A model generated the notes under the pieces. That model did no database searches. It saw only the letters and a program-made list of their open reading frames with translations, and was not told the DNA's origin. A program made the position numbers and the translations under genes. DNA of 64,000 bases from an uncultured Candidatus Saccharibacteria bacterium (GTDB lineage Bacteria; Patescibacteriota; Minisyncoccia; UBA6257; 2-01-FULL-56-20). Positions 15,125-25,699 of the stretch are shown piece by piece. Numbering within the stretch: position 1 is the first letter of the stretch; every line of letters begins with the position of its first letter. The stretch spans positions 11,639 to 75,638 of the forward strand of contig CAZYEL010000003.1 of assembly GCA_964646415.1 (NCBI GenBank), in the 5' to 3' direction.

Positions 15125-17826
15125 GTTTTACACGACCCTGTTTGAATAAGCATCCCTCCGCACGCGCGGCACACACTATCCGCAAAAACCGTCGTCCGCT
15201 CCGCCCGCACTGGCTCTTCGACAACCGCAACGGTTTTCGCCGCGGGCATCGCGGGAGCTTTTTCATCCTGGTCGAGCTCCTTATGCGGCACCTTGATGCC
15301 CATCCCCTCAAGCTCATCCGCAGAGAGAAAACGGATGGCGAGATAGCGGAAAATGTAGTCCGTAATGGAAGTCGCCACCTGCACCTCCGGATTCTTGGTA
15401 AATCCGGCGGGCTCGTACCTGCCATACGAAAACTTCTGGGCGAGCGTCGCGACCGGCACGCCGTACTGGAGCGCGGTCGAAACCACGATGGCGAAAGCAT
15501 CCAACAGCCCCGCCAAGGTCGAACCCTGCTTTGACATCCTTATGAAAATCTCCGCGAGCCCGCCGTCCTCGAACATGCTGTACGTAAGATACCCCTCGTG
15601 CCCCGCAATCGAGAATTTGTGCGTTTCCGAAGGCCTTGTTGCGGGGAGATGGCGCCGCGCCGGCTTCTGTTCTTTCTTCTTGGTATCTCTCCCCTGGCCC
15701 GCACCGGTGAAGAGCGGCTGCGCGGCTTTCGAACCGTCGCGGTAGACGGCGAAGGCCTTGAGTCCCATTTTCCACCCCATCATGAGCGCCTGCTCCACTT
15801 CCTCCACGGTGGTCTCGTGCGTCATGTTAAATGTCTTCGATATCGCGCCCGAAAGGAAAGGCTGCACCGCCGCCACCATTTTCACATGCCCCTTCCACGA
15901 AATGGAGCGGGTGCCCTTCGCGGGTTTCACCGCGCAGTCAAATATGGGAAGATGTTCCTCCCGCAGGCCCGGCGCGCCCTCCGCGGTCCCCTGCGCCTCG
16001 ATGTACTGCACGATTGCCGCGCGCTCCGCCTCGCCGTATCCCACCGCCTGAAGCGCGTCGGTGACTACATTATTCACGAACTTCATCACCCCTCCCCCCA
16101 CAAGCCGCTTCATCTTCACAAGCGCGAACTCGGGCTCCACTCCGGTCGTGACGCAATCCATCATAAGCGCAATCGTACCCGTGGGCGCCAAAAGAGAAAC
16201 CTGCGCATTCCGCACGCCCCACCGGCGGGCGTCCGTTACCGCCCCATCCCATGCTTCACGCGCGCCCCGGAGAATATCGCTGTCGAACGCAAGCACACCA
16301 TCCACTCCTTGGAGCGCATCCCGGTGCATCTGGAGCACTTTGAGGAACGGCTCACGGTTTTCCTGGAACCGGGCGAAAGGATGCATGTCACGCGCAAGCG
16401 ACGCGGAGAAGCGGTACGCCTCCCCCGTCATGAGCGCGGTGATTGCGGCGGCGGTGTGCCTCGCTTCGTCCGAGTCGTACGGAATCCCCAAGGACATGAG
16501 CAAGGCGCCCAAATTCGCGTAGCCCAGCCCCAGCTGCCGGAAGTCGTGCGCGTTCTTCGCGATACGCGGCGTGGGGTACGACGAACCGTCCACCAAAATC
16601 TCCTGCGCGAGAAGCATGATGTCCACCGTGCGGCGGAACCCCTCGACGTCGAACCGCTTCTCGGGCGTGAGATAGTGCAGCAGGTTGATGGATGAAAGGT
16701 TGCACGCGGAATTGTCCACATGCATATACTCGCTGCAAGGATTTGATGCGTTGATGCGCCCCGAAGCGGGGCACGTGTGCCACCGGTTGATGGTGGTGTC
16801 GAACTGCACCCCGGGGTCGCCGCAGTTCCATGCATTCTCCGCAATCGCGCGGAAAACATCCCGCGCTTTGTGGGTATCGGCGACGGCGCCGTCCGTAATC
16901 CGCCGCGTCCGCCATACCTCGTCCTGCTCCACCGCCTGCATAAAGGCGTCCGTCACCCGCACGCTGTTGTTCGCATTCTGGTACTGGATGGAATTCCACG
17001 CGGGGTCGTTCAAGTCGTACATGTTGTACCCCGCCTCAATAAGCGCCTTCACTTTCTTTTCTTCCTCGCTTTTCACTCCGATAAACCGCACCACGTCGGG
17101 GTGGTCCACATTCAAAATCACCATTTTCGCCGCCCGCCGCGTAGAACCGCCCGAGGCGATCATGCCAGCAACCGCATCCGCGCCGCGCATGAAGGACACA
17201 GGTCCTGACGAATGCCCGCCGCGCGAAAGCGTTTCGCTCGTCGAGCGGAGCGAGGAGAGATTTACTCCCGCCCCCGAACCGCGTTTGAAAATAAGCCCTT
17301 CCGTCGAAATCCACTCAAGAATGGATTCCATCGAGTCTTCCACTGAGAGAATGAAACATGCCGAGCACTGGGGCCTCGCATCAAGCCCCACATTGAACCA
17401 CACCGGCGAGTTGAACGCCGCGCGCTGGCGCACAAGCACAAAGGCGAGTTCCTGCGCAAACATATCCGCCTCGCGCACGTCCGCGAAGTACTGCGCGCGA
17501 AGCCCCCATTCACGGATGGTCTTCACAACCCGTCCCACCATTTGCTTCACCGAGTGCTCCCGCTCCGTGGAACCCACGCGCCCGCGGAAATATTTCGAGC
17601 CGGCGATTTCCGCCGCGTTGTCCGACCAAAATTCCGGGAACTCCAGTTCGCGCTCTTCTTTGGCGCCGTTCGTCCCGCGCACCGTCACCTTCCGGGTCGT
17701 CCATGCAACTTTATCGAAAGGATGCGCACCTTCGTGCGTAAAGTATCTTTCGATAAAGGGCGCTTTCGCGCTCTTGTTCTGCTTATGCGCACCGACGGGT
17801 ACCGACACGTGTTCCATGAAAATCAA
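15085..17826 (-). CDS. nrdJ: class II (adenosylcobalamin-dependent) ribonucleotide reductase
   Basis: 913 aa. RNR class II catalytic-core similarity over the full length (..NPCSEYMHVDNSACNL.., ..GGGTG..). C-terminal zinc ribbon CRACGG...CKTCIQCG. Confidence 0.85.
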   Translation of the reverse strand: MIFMEHVSVPVGAHKQNKSAKAPFIERYFTHEGAHPFDKVAWTTRKVTVRGTNGAKEERELEFPEFWSDNAAEIAGSKYFRGRVGSTEREHSVKQMVGRVVKTIREWGLRAQYFADVREADMFAQELAFVLVRQRAAFNSPVWFNVGLDARPQCSACFILSVEDSMESILEWISTEGLIFKRGSGAGVNLSSLRSTSETLSRGGHSSGPVSFMRGADAVAGMIASGGSTRRAAKMVILNVDHPDVVRFIGVKSEEEKKVKALIEAGYNMYDLNDPAWNSIQYQNANNSVRVTDAFMQAVEQDEVWRTRRITDGAVADTHKARDVFRAIAENAWNCGDPGVQFDTTINRWHTCPASGRINASNPCSEYMHVDNSACNLSSINLLHYLTPEKRFDVEGFRRTVDIMLLAQEILVDGSSYPTPRIAKNAHDFRQLGLGYANLGALLMSLGIPYDSDEARHTAAAITALMTGEAYRFSASLARDMHPFARFQENREPFLKVLQMHRDALQGVDGVLAFDSDILRGAREAWDGAVTDARRWGVRNAQVSLLAPTGTIALMMDCVTTGVEPEFALVKMKRLVGGGVMKFVNNVVTDALQAVGYGEAERAAIVQYIEAQGTAEGAPGLREEHLPIFDCAVKPAKGTRSISWKGHVKMVAAVQPFLSGAISKTFNMTHETTVEEVEQALMMGWKMGLKAFAVYRDGSKAAQPLFTGAGQGRDTKKKEQKPARRHLPATRPSETHKFSIAGHEGYLTYSMFEDGGLAEIFIRMSKQGSTLAGLLDAFAIVVSTALQYGVPVATLAQKFSYGRYEPAGFTKNPEVQVATSITDYIFRYLAIRFLSADELEGMGIKVPHKELDQDEKAPAMPAAKTVAVVEEPVRAERTTVFADSVCRACGGMLIQTGSCKTCIQCGTASGSCS

Positions 17827-17832
17827 ATTGTA

Positions 17833-18171
17833 CTAGAGCGGGCTCGCCACGGGGGCGGGTCCACTCCACAAATCTTTAAGAATCCGGCACGGCTCCACAA
17901 TCCGGGGATCCGCAATCGTGTAATAGACATTCAGCCCACTCTTTCGCACCCGCACCACGCGCGCGTAGCGGAGAAGCGCCAAATGCTGCGACATGTTCGC
18001 CTTGGAAACACCGAGAAGTTTCGACAGTTCGTCAACGGAAACTTCGTGAGTCTTCAAAATATTCAGAATCTCAAGCCGCTTGGGATTCGCAAGCATTTTA
18101 TAAAGATGCGCATTCCGCTGATACACAGCCTTCGGGAACGGGGACTTCGCTCGTGATTTTTTTGTCTTCAT
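17833..18171 (-). CDS. ArsR/SmtB-family transcriptional regulator
   Basis: LANPKRLEILNILKTHEVSVDELSKLLGVSKANMSQHLALLRYARVV winged-HTH signature. Confidence 0.7.
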   Translation of the reverse strand: MKTKKSRAKSPFPKAVYQRNAHLYKMLANPKRLEILNILKTHEVSVDELSKLLGVSKANMSQHLALLRYARVVRVRKSGLNVYYTIADPRIVEPCRILKDLWSGPAPVASPL

Positions 18172-18414
18172 AGTTTCGAAATTTCTTAACTACTTCTCCA
18201 CTATACTCCCCGCCCGCTACCCGTGCAAACACCCACACCTGTGAATAAAGGGGTAAAGCCAAAAATTATCCACCGCCCCACAAATAAAAGCGCGGCGCTT
18301 GCCGTCTTCGGCGGCGTGTTGTGAAATAGCCGAGTTCTTACGGTCAAAGTCGGATTTTGGAACAAATAAGCTACTCATCGAGCCGTTTGTAAACAAGCGC
18401 TCTATGTTTTACCC

Positions 18415-18825
18415 CTAGCCCTCACGTAGTGATAAGGTTTTGTAGCTTTGCAGTAATTCCTTCCAAAAGAAAAAGCCTATCGCGGGAAACGCCAAGGCAG
18501 TGATCAATCCCGAATAGTAACCTCCCACCTCAATGGCTTTATACAAGTGGTGTAATTCATAGATAAAAATCAGTCCTGGAACAAACATAAGGCGCAGCTG
18601 CCATTTGGGTCCAAGGAGAAGCAGATAACTGATAACGAGCACGAGCCAGAGCATAATTTGAAACAGCACAAACAAAGCTTGCATATTGGGCAACTTTGCC
18701 AAACCGCCGAACAGAAACGCCGCATGCGAATCAATATTGTAGAAGCCGGTCAGAATTTCTTCTACGCCGTGGACAATAAACAACGGGATAGACAACAGAA
18801 ATAATTTTTGCAGTTTTCGGGTCAT
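18415..18825 (-). CDS. HXXEE-domain membrane protein
   Basis: IVHGVEEILTGF motif plus four TM helices. Confidence 0.4.
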   Translation of the reverse strand: MTRKLQKLFLLSIPLFIVHGVEEILTGFYNIDSHAAFLFGGLAKLPNMQALFVLFQIMLWLVLVISYLLLLGPKWQLRLMFVPGLIFIYELHHLYKAIEVGGYYSGLITALAFPAIGFFFWKELLQSYKTLSLREG

Positions 18826-19439
18826 AGCTTTTTGAATATATGCACTTCTTTAATTACGGGAAAACTTCGCATGCCTTCCATGACAAATCCATTATGCGTG
18901 AACGCATTGATGTTGGTACTGCGTGAATGCAGCTGAAATCTGTAGAGTTGTGCCACTGTTCTTCCAAGCCAACTATCCTTAACTGGCGAGTTAAGAAAAT
19001 ACCCGCCCTTTTTGAGATAGAAAGAAAGGTTTTTGACCGTTACTGCGGGATCAACGTACTCCAAAACCCCACCAGTCATAATAAGGTCAAATTGCTCGCT
19101 TTGATAGGGAAGCGGCTTGGTTATGTCTCCCGTCAACACTTTCACTCGGCTCTCCAGATTTTTTTCGCGCACTGTGTTTTTCATGACCGCAGCCATATCG
19201 GCGCTTACATCAAAAGCTTGGACAAACGCATTCGGGAATCGCTTGAGGAAAGCAAAGGCATAAAGGCCCGTGCCACAACCGGCGTCAAGCACTTTTATTT
19301 CTGCTTTTCGGTCAAACGGAATAAGCCCAATAAAGTAGCTGACCGCTAATTTATAGCCGGAAAGCCATAAACTGATATCGTACATTTTCGCAATTCCCGA
19401 ATACAAACGATTAGAGTCAGTGCTTATTTTCATGAACAT
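18822..19439 (-). CDS. class I SAM-dependent methyltransferase
   Basis: VLDAGCGTGLYAFAF motif I. Confidence 0.65.
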   Translation of the reverse strand: MFMKISTDSNRLYSGIAKMYDISLWLSGYKLAVSYFIGLIPFDRKAEIKVLDAGCGTGLYAFAFLKRFPNAFVQAFDVSADMAAVMKNTVREKNLESRVKVLTGDITKPLPYQSEQFDLIMTGGVLEYVDPAVTVKNLSFYLKKGGYFLNSPVKDSWLGRTVAQLYRFQLHSRSTNINAFTHNGFVMEGMRSFPVIKEVHIFKKL

Positions 19440-19512
19440 TTATAGTTCCGTCTGTGTAAAAACACTGCGCTCACCATGACAAAAAACGTGCTTGCCGACA
19501 AAAGCCATTTTT

Positions 19513-20289
19513 CTATTCACTGTGCTTATTTCGATTATCCCCCGCTGTTCTCGGTCTCGTTTCAAAGGCAAGCCCCCATGTGGAGAATTTCGCGCGTAAA
19601 GAGGGGGGTTCGTATCCTACTTCATCGAATGCGCGGAGGACTTCTTCTTCCGTAAACAAATTTCCACCCCACATCCACTTCCCGAGAATCCTCGCCATGA
19701 TGCTTTTGCTACAAATGACAAGTACAAATTTCCCATCCGGTTTGAGCAATAGCTTTAAATTTGAGAGTACCTCGGTGAGACGCTCGTGCGGAGCGTAATC
19801 CAACCCCTGGCACACGATAAGGTCAAAGTTTTTCCAGTCTGGCGGCAACTGTTCCTTGAGGCGAAGAAAATCCGCAACGGCAAGGCTCACCTTTCCCACA
19901 GACGGATGCCGTGCAAGCCACATCTGGAAACGCTCAAGCATCTTGGGAGTCAGGTCAAATCCGTACCAGCCGATACCTACAATCCCTTTCTCTCGCGCGA
20001 GGTCAAAAAGTGCCCGAAGAAACGCTCCGGTTCCGCAACCGACATCGAGCACTTTCATACCCGGAGAGAGAAGATTCCTCGACCGGAAAAAATCTCGGAG
20101 CGTCTCCGAATGTCGGAGAATTGTAATCCCGATGTCATAAAGCCATGCCCGCTCCGTAAAAAGTTTTCTTATCTTTGCAACATCCATATTTGTGTTCGTT
20201 TTCTTTAGCAACTTAGCATATTCCTCATATTTATTGCCTTCAGAGTGCGCCGCATGCACCGACTTCCGCGAGTGCCAAAGTCGGTGCAT
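19513..20289 (-). CDS. class I SAM-dependent methyltransferase
   Basis: VLDVGCGTGAFLRAL motif I. The start may be internal. Confidence 0.6.
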   Translation of the reverse strand: MHRLWHSRKSVHAAHSEGNKYEEYAKLLKKTNTNMDVAKIRKLFTERAWLYDIGITILRHSETLRDFFRSRNLLSPGMKVLDVGCGTGAFLRALFDLAREKGIVGIGWYGFDLTPKMLERFQMWLARHPSVGKVSLAVADFLRLKEQLPPDWKNFDLIVCQGLDYAPHERLTEVLSNLKLLLKPDGKFVLVICSKSIMARILGKWMWGGNLFTEEEVLRAFDEVGYEPPSLRAKFSTWGLAFETRPRTAGDNRNKHSE

Positions 20290-20325
20290 TATTTATGAAT
20301 ACCTTCTCGCCACCCCCACTCGCTC

Positions 20326-20499
20326 TTAGTGGCAACAGCCGTGGGAGGCATCGGACTGCTCCTGCGGCAATTTCTTGCGGTATTCTTCCTTGCAGTTTTC
20401 CGAGCAGAACTTTTTGCCGTACCCCTCCGGGTACGTTTTCCCTTTCTGGAGCTCCATCTTACAGACGGGGCATTTCTCCTTGAAAATGTTGAACATGGC
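20326..20499 (-). CDS. small Cys-rich metal-binding protein (YHS/TRASH-like)
   Basis: MFNIFKEKCPVCKMEL...FCSENCKEEY...HGCCH. Confidence 0.45.
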   Translation of the reverse strand, partial: AMFNIFKEKCPVCKMELQKGKTYPEGYGKKFCSENCKEEYRKKLPQEQSDASHGCCH

Positions 20500-20501
20500 T
20501 A

Positions 20502-20723
20502 TTAATCTTTGTTCTCGATACCGAACAACCGGTGAAGCCAACACCAGCCAAGAAAGCTCTCGGCAAGCGCGATCCAGCCGACCACGGCGATGAGGACCGT
20601 GGCCCATTCCGCATCATACTGGGGCGCAACCGGACCGAGCCACCAGAATGCCAGCGCAAAACGCAAAATCCTGTCTACCCTTCCCAAATTTTGGTTCATG
20701 TCGTTGTATGTTGATGCATTCAC
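20502..20723 (-). CDS. small membrane protein (DUF2892/YgaP-like)
   Basis: 73 aa with two TM helices and the conserved W/G pattern. Confidence 0.35.
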   Translation of the reverse strand: MNASTYNDMNQNLGRVDRILRFALAFWWLGPVAPQYDAEWATVLIAVVGWIALAESFLGWCWLHRLFGIENKD

Positions 20724-20741
20724 TCCGTTCGACCTTTTGCT

Positions 20742-23336
20742 TCACGCGCGGCGTTCCGCGTATCCGCGTCCCGCCTTGAGCCGCAATGAATTCAGCACCA
20801 CCGAAAGCGACGAAAACGCCATGGCGGCGGCGGCGAGGACCGGATTCAGCAGCACCCCGAACAACGGATAAAGCGCGCCGGCGGCAACCGGAATGAACGC
20901 CGTGTTGTAGAAAAACGCCCAGAAAAGATTCTGCTTGACGATGCGCAGCGTCCTCCGCGAAAGCGCGAAGAGCTCCGGTATGAGCCGTAGGTCCCCCCGC
21001 ATGAGCGTAATGCCCGCCGATTCCATCGCCACATCGGTGCCTTCGCCCATCGCGATGCCCAAATCCGCCTGCGCCAGCGCCGGCGCGTCGTTGATGCCGT
21101 CGCCGACCATCGCCACCTTTTTGCCCGACTTCTGGAGCTCCGCCACTTTTTGGGCTTTGTGCTCGGGCAGTACGTGCGCCATCACGTGGTCAATGCCGAC
21201 CTGCGCGGCGACCGCCCGGGCGGTCCGCTCGTTGTCTCCCGTAATCATCCAAATCTCCAAACCCGCAGCTTTGAGAAGCGCCACCGTTTCTTTGGCTTCC
21301 GGCTTCACCACGTCGGCGATGGCAATAAGCCCCGCAATCTGCCCCTCTTCGATAAGGACAACGACTGTCTTGCCTTCGGACTCAAGCGCCTGCATGGCTG
21401 CTTCAACGGGTTCGGGGCTCACGTTGAACAATTTTAAAAGTTCCCGGTTGCCCAACGCAGCCAACACGTTCCTGCCGTCTTGTACGATATGCCCCTTAAT
21501 CCCTTTGCCGGGTATCGCCTCGAAGTCGGACACTGCGAACAATCCGACATTCTCTTCGGATGCCTCCTCTTTGATTGCCCGGTCCAACGGGTGAGACGAT
21601 TTCTGCCCCACGCTCGCGGCGGCCTGAATGACCGCTCTCCCCAGAGGGTGCTCCGACTTTTGCTCCAAGCTTGCCGCCATCCGTAGCATGCGGGATTCCG
21701 GATTCTGCATCTTCGCAAAAGGCACGATGTCGGTGACCGCCGGCTTCCCCTGCGTGAGCGTTCCCGTCTTGTCCACAATAATCGCGCCGACGGCGCGGGC
21801 AATTTCCAACGCCGCCGCTTCCCGGATTAAAATGCCTTTCCCCGCGCCCTGGCCGATGCCCACCATCATCGCCATGGGCGTCGCAAGCCCCAATGCGCAC
21901 GGGCAGGCAATGATGAGCACGGCCACAAAATTCACGAGCGCAAAGGTGAATGCCGGCTCCGGCCCCCACGCGAGCCAGACCGCGAACGTCGCGATTGCCA
22001 CCACGAACACCACCGGCACAAAATAAGAAGCGATCAAGTCGGCTAACCTCTGAATCGGCGCCTTGGACCCCTGGGCCTGCTCCACCATCTTGATAATCTG
22101 CGAGAGCACAGTGTCTTTCCCAACTCTTGTCGCGGCGAGCGTAAATGAACCGGTCTGATTGATGGTTGCGCCGATGACCTTCGCGCCGACGTTCTTGCCG
22201 ACCGGCATGCTCTCGCCGGTTACCATCGATTCGTCCACCGACGACCTTCCCTCCACCACTTCGCCGTCCACCGGAATCTTTTCGCCGGGACGCACCACGA
22301 CGCGGTCGCCGACCTGCACCTCCTCAATCGGAATTTCCTGCTCCTTGTTGTCGCGGATAACGCGCGCGGTTTTCGCCGAAAGCTTCATAAGCTTCTTGAT
22401 GGCGTCCGAAGCTTTGCCTTTGGCGAGCACTTCAAGGTAGCGCCCGAGGAGAATCAACGTAATGATGACAGCTGACGTATCGAAATAAACGGCGGGTTTC
22501 ACGCCGCCCTGGCTGAAGAATGCCGGGAAGAAAGCGACGGCGGCGCTGTAGCAATAAGCGGAGAGCGTCCCCACGGCAATCAAGGTATTCATATCGGCCG
22601 TCCGGTATTTAAAGAGGATTTTCAAGCCGCTGTAGAAACGGGCGCCCACCCAAAACTGCACCGGCGTGGTGAGCGCGAGGAGCACCCAGTAATCATTCGC
22701 GATTGCCGGCATGAACGGAAACCACTCCGGGAAACTGCCCAAAAATATCGCGGCGGAAAGAACCGCCCCGACGATTATTTTTCTCTTCAGCGCGGACAGC
22801 TCCCGCTCTCGTTCCTGCTTTTCCCTCTCGAGCAAATCCTGCGCTTCCGATGTTTCCCGCACCGCTTCGTAGCCGGCGTCGTCAATCACTTTTTCTATCT
22901 GCTCCGGCGTAACGGCACGCGCGTTGAACGCCACCTTGGCGCGCGCGTTACTGTAGTCAACCTCGATTTTTTCAATGCCCGGAAGGGTTGTTACCGCTTT
23001 CTCCACCACCATGGCGCAATGAGGCGAATCCATGCCGATAACCCTCAATGCCAAAAATTCCCTTCCTCCCGCGCCCGCTGCCTCGTGCGTCCCGGGCACG
23101 GGGTTCCGTTCCGCGCCCGTCCCTCCCTCACCCGCAAGCTCGTAACCGGCATCGCGCACCACCTTGGCAAAGTCATCGGCGCGTATCCGCGTTTCATCGA
23201 ATTCAACCAAAAGGGTCTCGGCGGCGAAATTGACCTGCGCGCGCGCGGTCCCCGGCAATTGTAAAACCGCCTTTTCTATAGTCGCCGCGCAACTCGCGCA
23301 ATCCATGCCGCGAATTTTGAAAATTCCTTTTTTCAT
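20742..23336 (-). CDS. copA: copper-translocating P1B-type ATPase with two N-terminal HMA domains
   Basis: [12 protein letters not shown] and [12 protein letters not shown] heavy-metal-associated motifs. CPC ([11 protein letters not shown]), DKTGTLT and GDGINDAP motifs. An alternative start at 23378 overlaps the upstream gene. Confidence 0.9.
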   Translation of the reverse strand: MKKGIFKIRGMDCASCAATIEKAVLQLPGTARAQVNFAAETLLVEFDETRIRADDFAKVVRDAGYELAGEGGTGAERNPVPGTHEAAGAGGREFLALRVIGMDSPHCAMVVEKAVTTLPGIEKIEVDYSNARAKVAFNARAVTPEQIEKVIDDAGYEAVRETSEAQDLLEREKQERERELSALKRKIIVGAVLSAAIFLGSFPEWFPFMPAIANDYWVLLALTTPVQFWVGARFYSGLKILFKYRTADMNTLIAVGTLSAYCYSAAVAFFPAFFSQGGVKPAVYFDTSAVIITLILLGRYLEVLAKGKASDAIKKLMKLSAKTARVIRDNKEQEIPIEEVQVGDRVVVRPGEKIPVDGEVVEGRSSVDESMVTGESMPVGKNVGAKVIGATINQTGSFTLAATRVGKDTVLSQIIKMVEQAQGSKAPIQRLADLIASYFVPVVFVVAIATFAVWLAWGPEPAFTFALVNFVAVLIIACPCALGLATPMAMMVGIGQGAGKGILIREAAALEIARAVGAIIVDKTGTLTQGKPAVTDIVPFAKMQNPESRMLRMAASLEQKSEHPLGRAVIQAAASVGQKSSHPLDRAIKEEASEENVGLFAVSDFEAIPGKGIKGHIVQDGRNVLAALGNRELLKLFNVSPEPVEAAMQALESEGKTVVVLIEEGQIAGLIAIADVVKPEAKETVALLKAAGLEIWMITGDNERTARAVAAQVGIDHVMAHVLPEHKAQKVAELQKSGKKVAMVGDGINDAPALAQADLGIAMGEGTDVAMESAGITLMRGDLRLIPELFALSRRTLRIVKQNLFWAFFYNTAFIPVAAGALYPLFGVLLNPVLAAAAMAFSSLSVVLNSLRLKAGRGYAERRA

Positions 23337-23337
23337 A

Positions 23338-23805
23338 TTACCGTACATCCCACCTGAACGAACGTTCGGGGACTCCACCGACGTTTTTGATTTTTAACTC
23401 GACATATTGCGGCGTTGGCTGAATCGGATTAAACATAAGTGTCCCTTCGCGATGGTGCCCGCCGGGGCCGGGACCCTCCCACGCCGTCGGCTGATATGTA
23501 TTTCCCTTATCATCCACGAGAACTGCAACTTGCACCACAGCATCATCCAAACTTCCGGAGTGAGTGTCAAAAACAACATCAAACCGCCATATGTTCGCGC
23601 TTGTACCGAATTCTATCGGGGTAACTTTGATTGTTACCGGCGACTGACTGTCGGTTTTCGTTTCCCAACTACGCGGCGCCGTGCTCGCGGGTTGCGAGGC
23701 CTGCAATTCACCGCTCGTCTGAAGCGGTTCACGGTTTTTCGAAACTCCGCTCAAAACGAGCACCACAGCAACCAGTCCGGCGATTATGTACGGTGCATAT
23801 TTCAT
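23338..23805 (-). CDS. secreted/anchored hypothetical protein
   Basis: N-terminal TM helix [18 protein letters not shown], followed by a beta-rich domain. Confidence 0.4.
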   Translation of the reverse strand: MKYAPYIIAGLVAVVLVLSGVSKNREPLQTSGELQASQPASTAPRSWETKTDSQSPVTIKVTPIEFGTSANIWRFDVVFDTHSGSLDDAVVQVAVLVDDKGNTYQPTAWEGPGPGGHHREGTLMFNPIQPTPQYVELKIKNVGGVPERSFRWDVR

Positions 23806-24233
23806 GTACTTCTGAACTGGAAAGTCCTCTTCGCAATATAGGCGATGCCGCCGAAATTAAATATGATGCCAACCCAGAAAAACTCGATCTGATACTGCGC
23901 GGCGAAGGTGACGATACCGACCGCGCCGAGAATCGGGAGGATGTTCACGAGGTAATGCGCGCAACACGACACCATCGCCGCAGTGGAAGTGGCGCCGGTT
24001 ACTCCCAGCACTTTGCCGCTCCCGCCCGCAACGAGCGTTTTGAGATATACATACAACCCCACTTGGACGCCGAATCCGGCCGCCAAACTCACTATAAAGT
24101 ACCAGAAGGAAAAGAACTGGCTTTGCGCGAAGCCCCACCCCGAAACGAGCGTGAGAATCCCGAAGTACACGCCGAGGAGCACCGCGCTCGCGAGCGTGCC
24201 GTAGAGAACCGGCTTTGCGGAAACATGCGCCAT
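23802..24233 (-). CDS. integral membrane protein (hypothetical)
   Basis: Four TM helices. The probable start MAHVSAKP lies 2 nt after the upstream YHS gene. Confidence 0.4.
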   Translation of the reverse strand: MAHVSAKPVLYGTLASAVLLGVYFGILTLVSGWGFAQSQFFSFWYFIVSLAAGFGVQVGLYVYLKTLVAGGSGKVLGVTGATSTAAMVSCCAHYLVNILPILGAVGIVTFAAQYQIEFFWVGIIFNFGGIAYIAKRTFQFRST

Positions 24234-24235
24234 AA

Positions 24236-24466
24236 TCACTCTTTGACGTACCGCTCGGGATTTTTTTGAAACTCCTGGCGGCAATGATCGGAACAGAAAG
24301 CGTACAGGTGTCCTTTGTACGAAAATGTAACCCCGTCGGTTGCCTGCATGCCGCACACCGGATCTTTCAGAGTTCCCTTCTGCGGTACATTTTTTAATTT
24401 TTTAAACAATGAACCAAACATAGCCTGTAATGCGTTGTGCCATACCGCAACGTTTTTATTGCGCAA
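24236..24466 (-). CDS. YHS (TRASH) domain metal-binding protein
   Basis: DPVCGMQATDGVTFSYKGHLYAFCSDHCRQEFQKNPERY. Confidence 0.6.
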   Translation of the reverse strand: MRNKNVAVWHNALQAMFGSLFKKLKNVPQKGTLKDPVCGMQATDGVTFSYKGHLYAFCSDHCRQEFQKNPERYVKE

Positions 24467-24731
24467 TACTCTCGACCTTTTTCTTCAATGCCGCGAATTC
24501 GCTCCGCGTCGGGACATCAAGCTCCCGCAACACCTTCTTGAGCAACACCTTCAACTCCCGCACCGACGCGCGCCTGCTCGCCTCACCCTCCGCAACAAGC
24601 GCGGCGAACGCCTCTTTTGCCTCTCTCCTCGGAATTTTCGCCGAAATTGCCCGCACAAGCCGCTTCGCTCCCTTCGCCGACGCGCCCACCAGCCCTACGC
24701 TTGCAAGCAATAACTTTTCGTATGATTTCAT
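24456..24731 (-). CDS. phasin-like coiled-coil protein
   Basis: 91 aa helical protein, Lys/Ala/Glu rich, resembling phasin family proteins. Confidence 0.35.
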   Translation of the reverse strand: MKSYEKLLLASVGLVGASAKGAKRLVRAISAKIPRREAKEAFAALVAEGEASRRASVRELKVLLKKVLRELDVPTRSEFAALKKKVESIAQ

Positions 24732-24749
24732 GGATATAGTTATTATTCT

Positions 24750-25472
24750 TTATGCGACCTTTGCAGATACTTTGCGCCATGTTACGTGCTCATACACGCT
24801 TGACCAATAAAACCCGAAAGAAATCGCGAAGAGCAGCTCTTCAAACGGTATGCCCGCGATGAGAATCCCCGAAATAGCATCAAGCCGCCAGACTTGCACA
24901 ACATACCCGGGATACATTGCGATGAGCGTGAAAAAATACACAAAATAAAGCCCGAGAAAAAGAAACGCGCTTGTAATCATTTTCTTTTTCAAGTCCGGTC
25001 GGCAATACCATGTGGCGATGCCACCGAGAACTAAGGAGAACACAGATATGTAGATTGGGTTAAGAGAAGTGGTAAGCGAGAGGACGATAAAAACGATTGG
25101 CGCGGCAAGCAACGCCCAAAGATGATAGCGGTGATGTAACGTATGGCGCGCCTGCACAGGCAGGTGCTTATGCGCCGCGGGGAAAATCCGCTCGTAGAGC
25201 ACGGCCACGATGCCGCCGAGCGCAAATGCGAAAACCAGACTCTCAATATCAAAGCCGGTCCGGTGAGCCAAGTCGAACAAGGACGGCGGGTTCCAATACT
25301 CGGGCACGAACAAGGGTTCGGTGAATCCTAAAAGAGAAGTCCATAAACTGACCGTGAGCATCTCTTTTTTACTCTCCCTGCTTTTCAAGAGCACATAGAT
25401 GACTCCCCAAATAATTATGAGAAGTGCGCTCCATAACGCCCATGCAAATTGCGGTTCATGCACTGCATTCAT
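24750..25472 (-). CDS. polytopic membrane protein, possibly lycopene-cyclase-domain family
   Basis: Seven TM helices. Two PxEE-type motifs (FTEPLFVPEYW, IAGIPFEELLFAISFGF). Confidence 0.35.
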   Translation of the reverse strand: MNAVHEPQFAWALWSALLIIIWGVIYVLLKSRESKKEMLTVSLWTSLLGFTEPLFVPEYWNPPSLFDLAHRTGFDIESLVFAFALGGIVAVLYERIFPAAHKHLPVQARHTLHHRYHLWALLAAPIVFIVLSLTTSLNPIYISVFSLVLGGIATWYCRPDLKKKMITSAFLFLGLYFVYFFTLIAMYPGYVVQVWRLDAISGILIAGIPFEELLFAISFGFYWSSVYEHVTWRKVSAKVA

Positions 25473-25699
25473 GGGTTATTTTTTTCTACAGAATTGCCTT
25501 CGGGGATATACTGCAGGGGACTCTTTTGAAACTCTTCCTTGCATGTTTTGCAGCAGAGATGATATACGTTGCCGCCGTACTTCAAAATGGCGTACTCCTC
25601 TTTTTTCCGCAACCTCTTTTTACAGACCGGGTCGATGTAGAACATAACGATACCGTTTTTTATTTTAGTGGGGATGTTGCGACCTTCGACGTATCCCAT
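25469..25699 (-). CDS. YHS (TRASH) domain metal-binding protein
   Basis: DPVCKKRL...KYGGNVYHLCCKTCKEEFQKSPLQY. Confidence 0.6.
   Translation of the reverse strand: MGYVEGRNIPTKIKNGIVMFYIDPVCKKRLRKKEEYAILKYGGNVYHLCCKTCKEEFQKSPLQYIPEGNSVEKNNP

Noticed and set aside
15598-16695. 365-aa ORF on the + strand inside nrdJ. Similar long antisense ORFs occur at 40631-42778 in dnaE, 49394-50263 in secY, 60901-62136 in fusA and 7627-8457 in the B12-binder gene.
   Set aside because: These are shadow ORFs on the strand opposite well-supported genes. They are Arg/His/Pro-rich with low complexity and lack motifs. They are typical artefacts of fairly GC-rich coding sequence.
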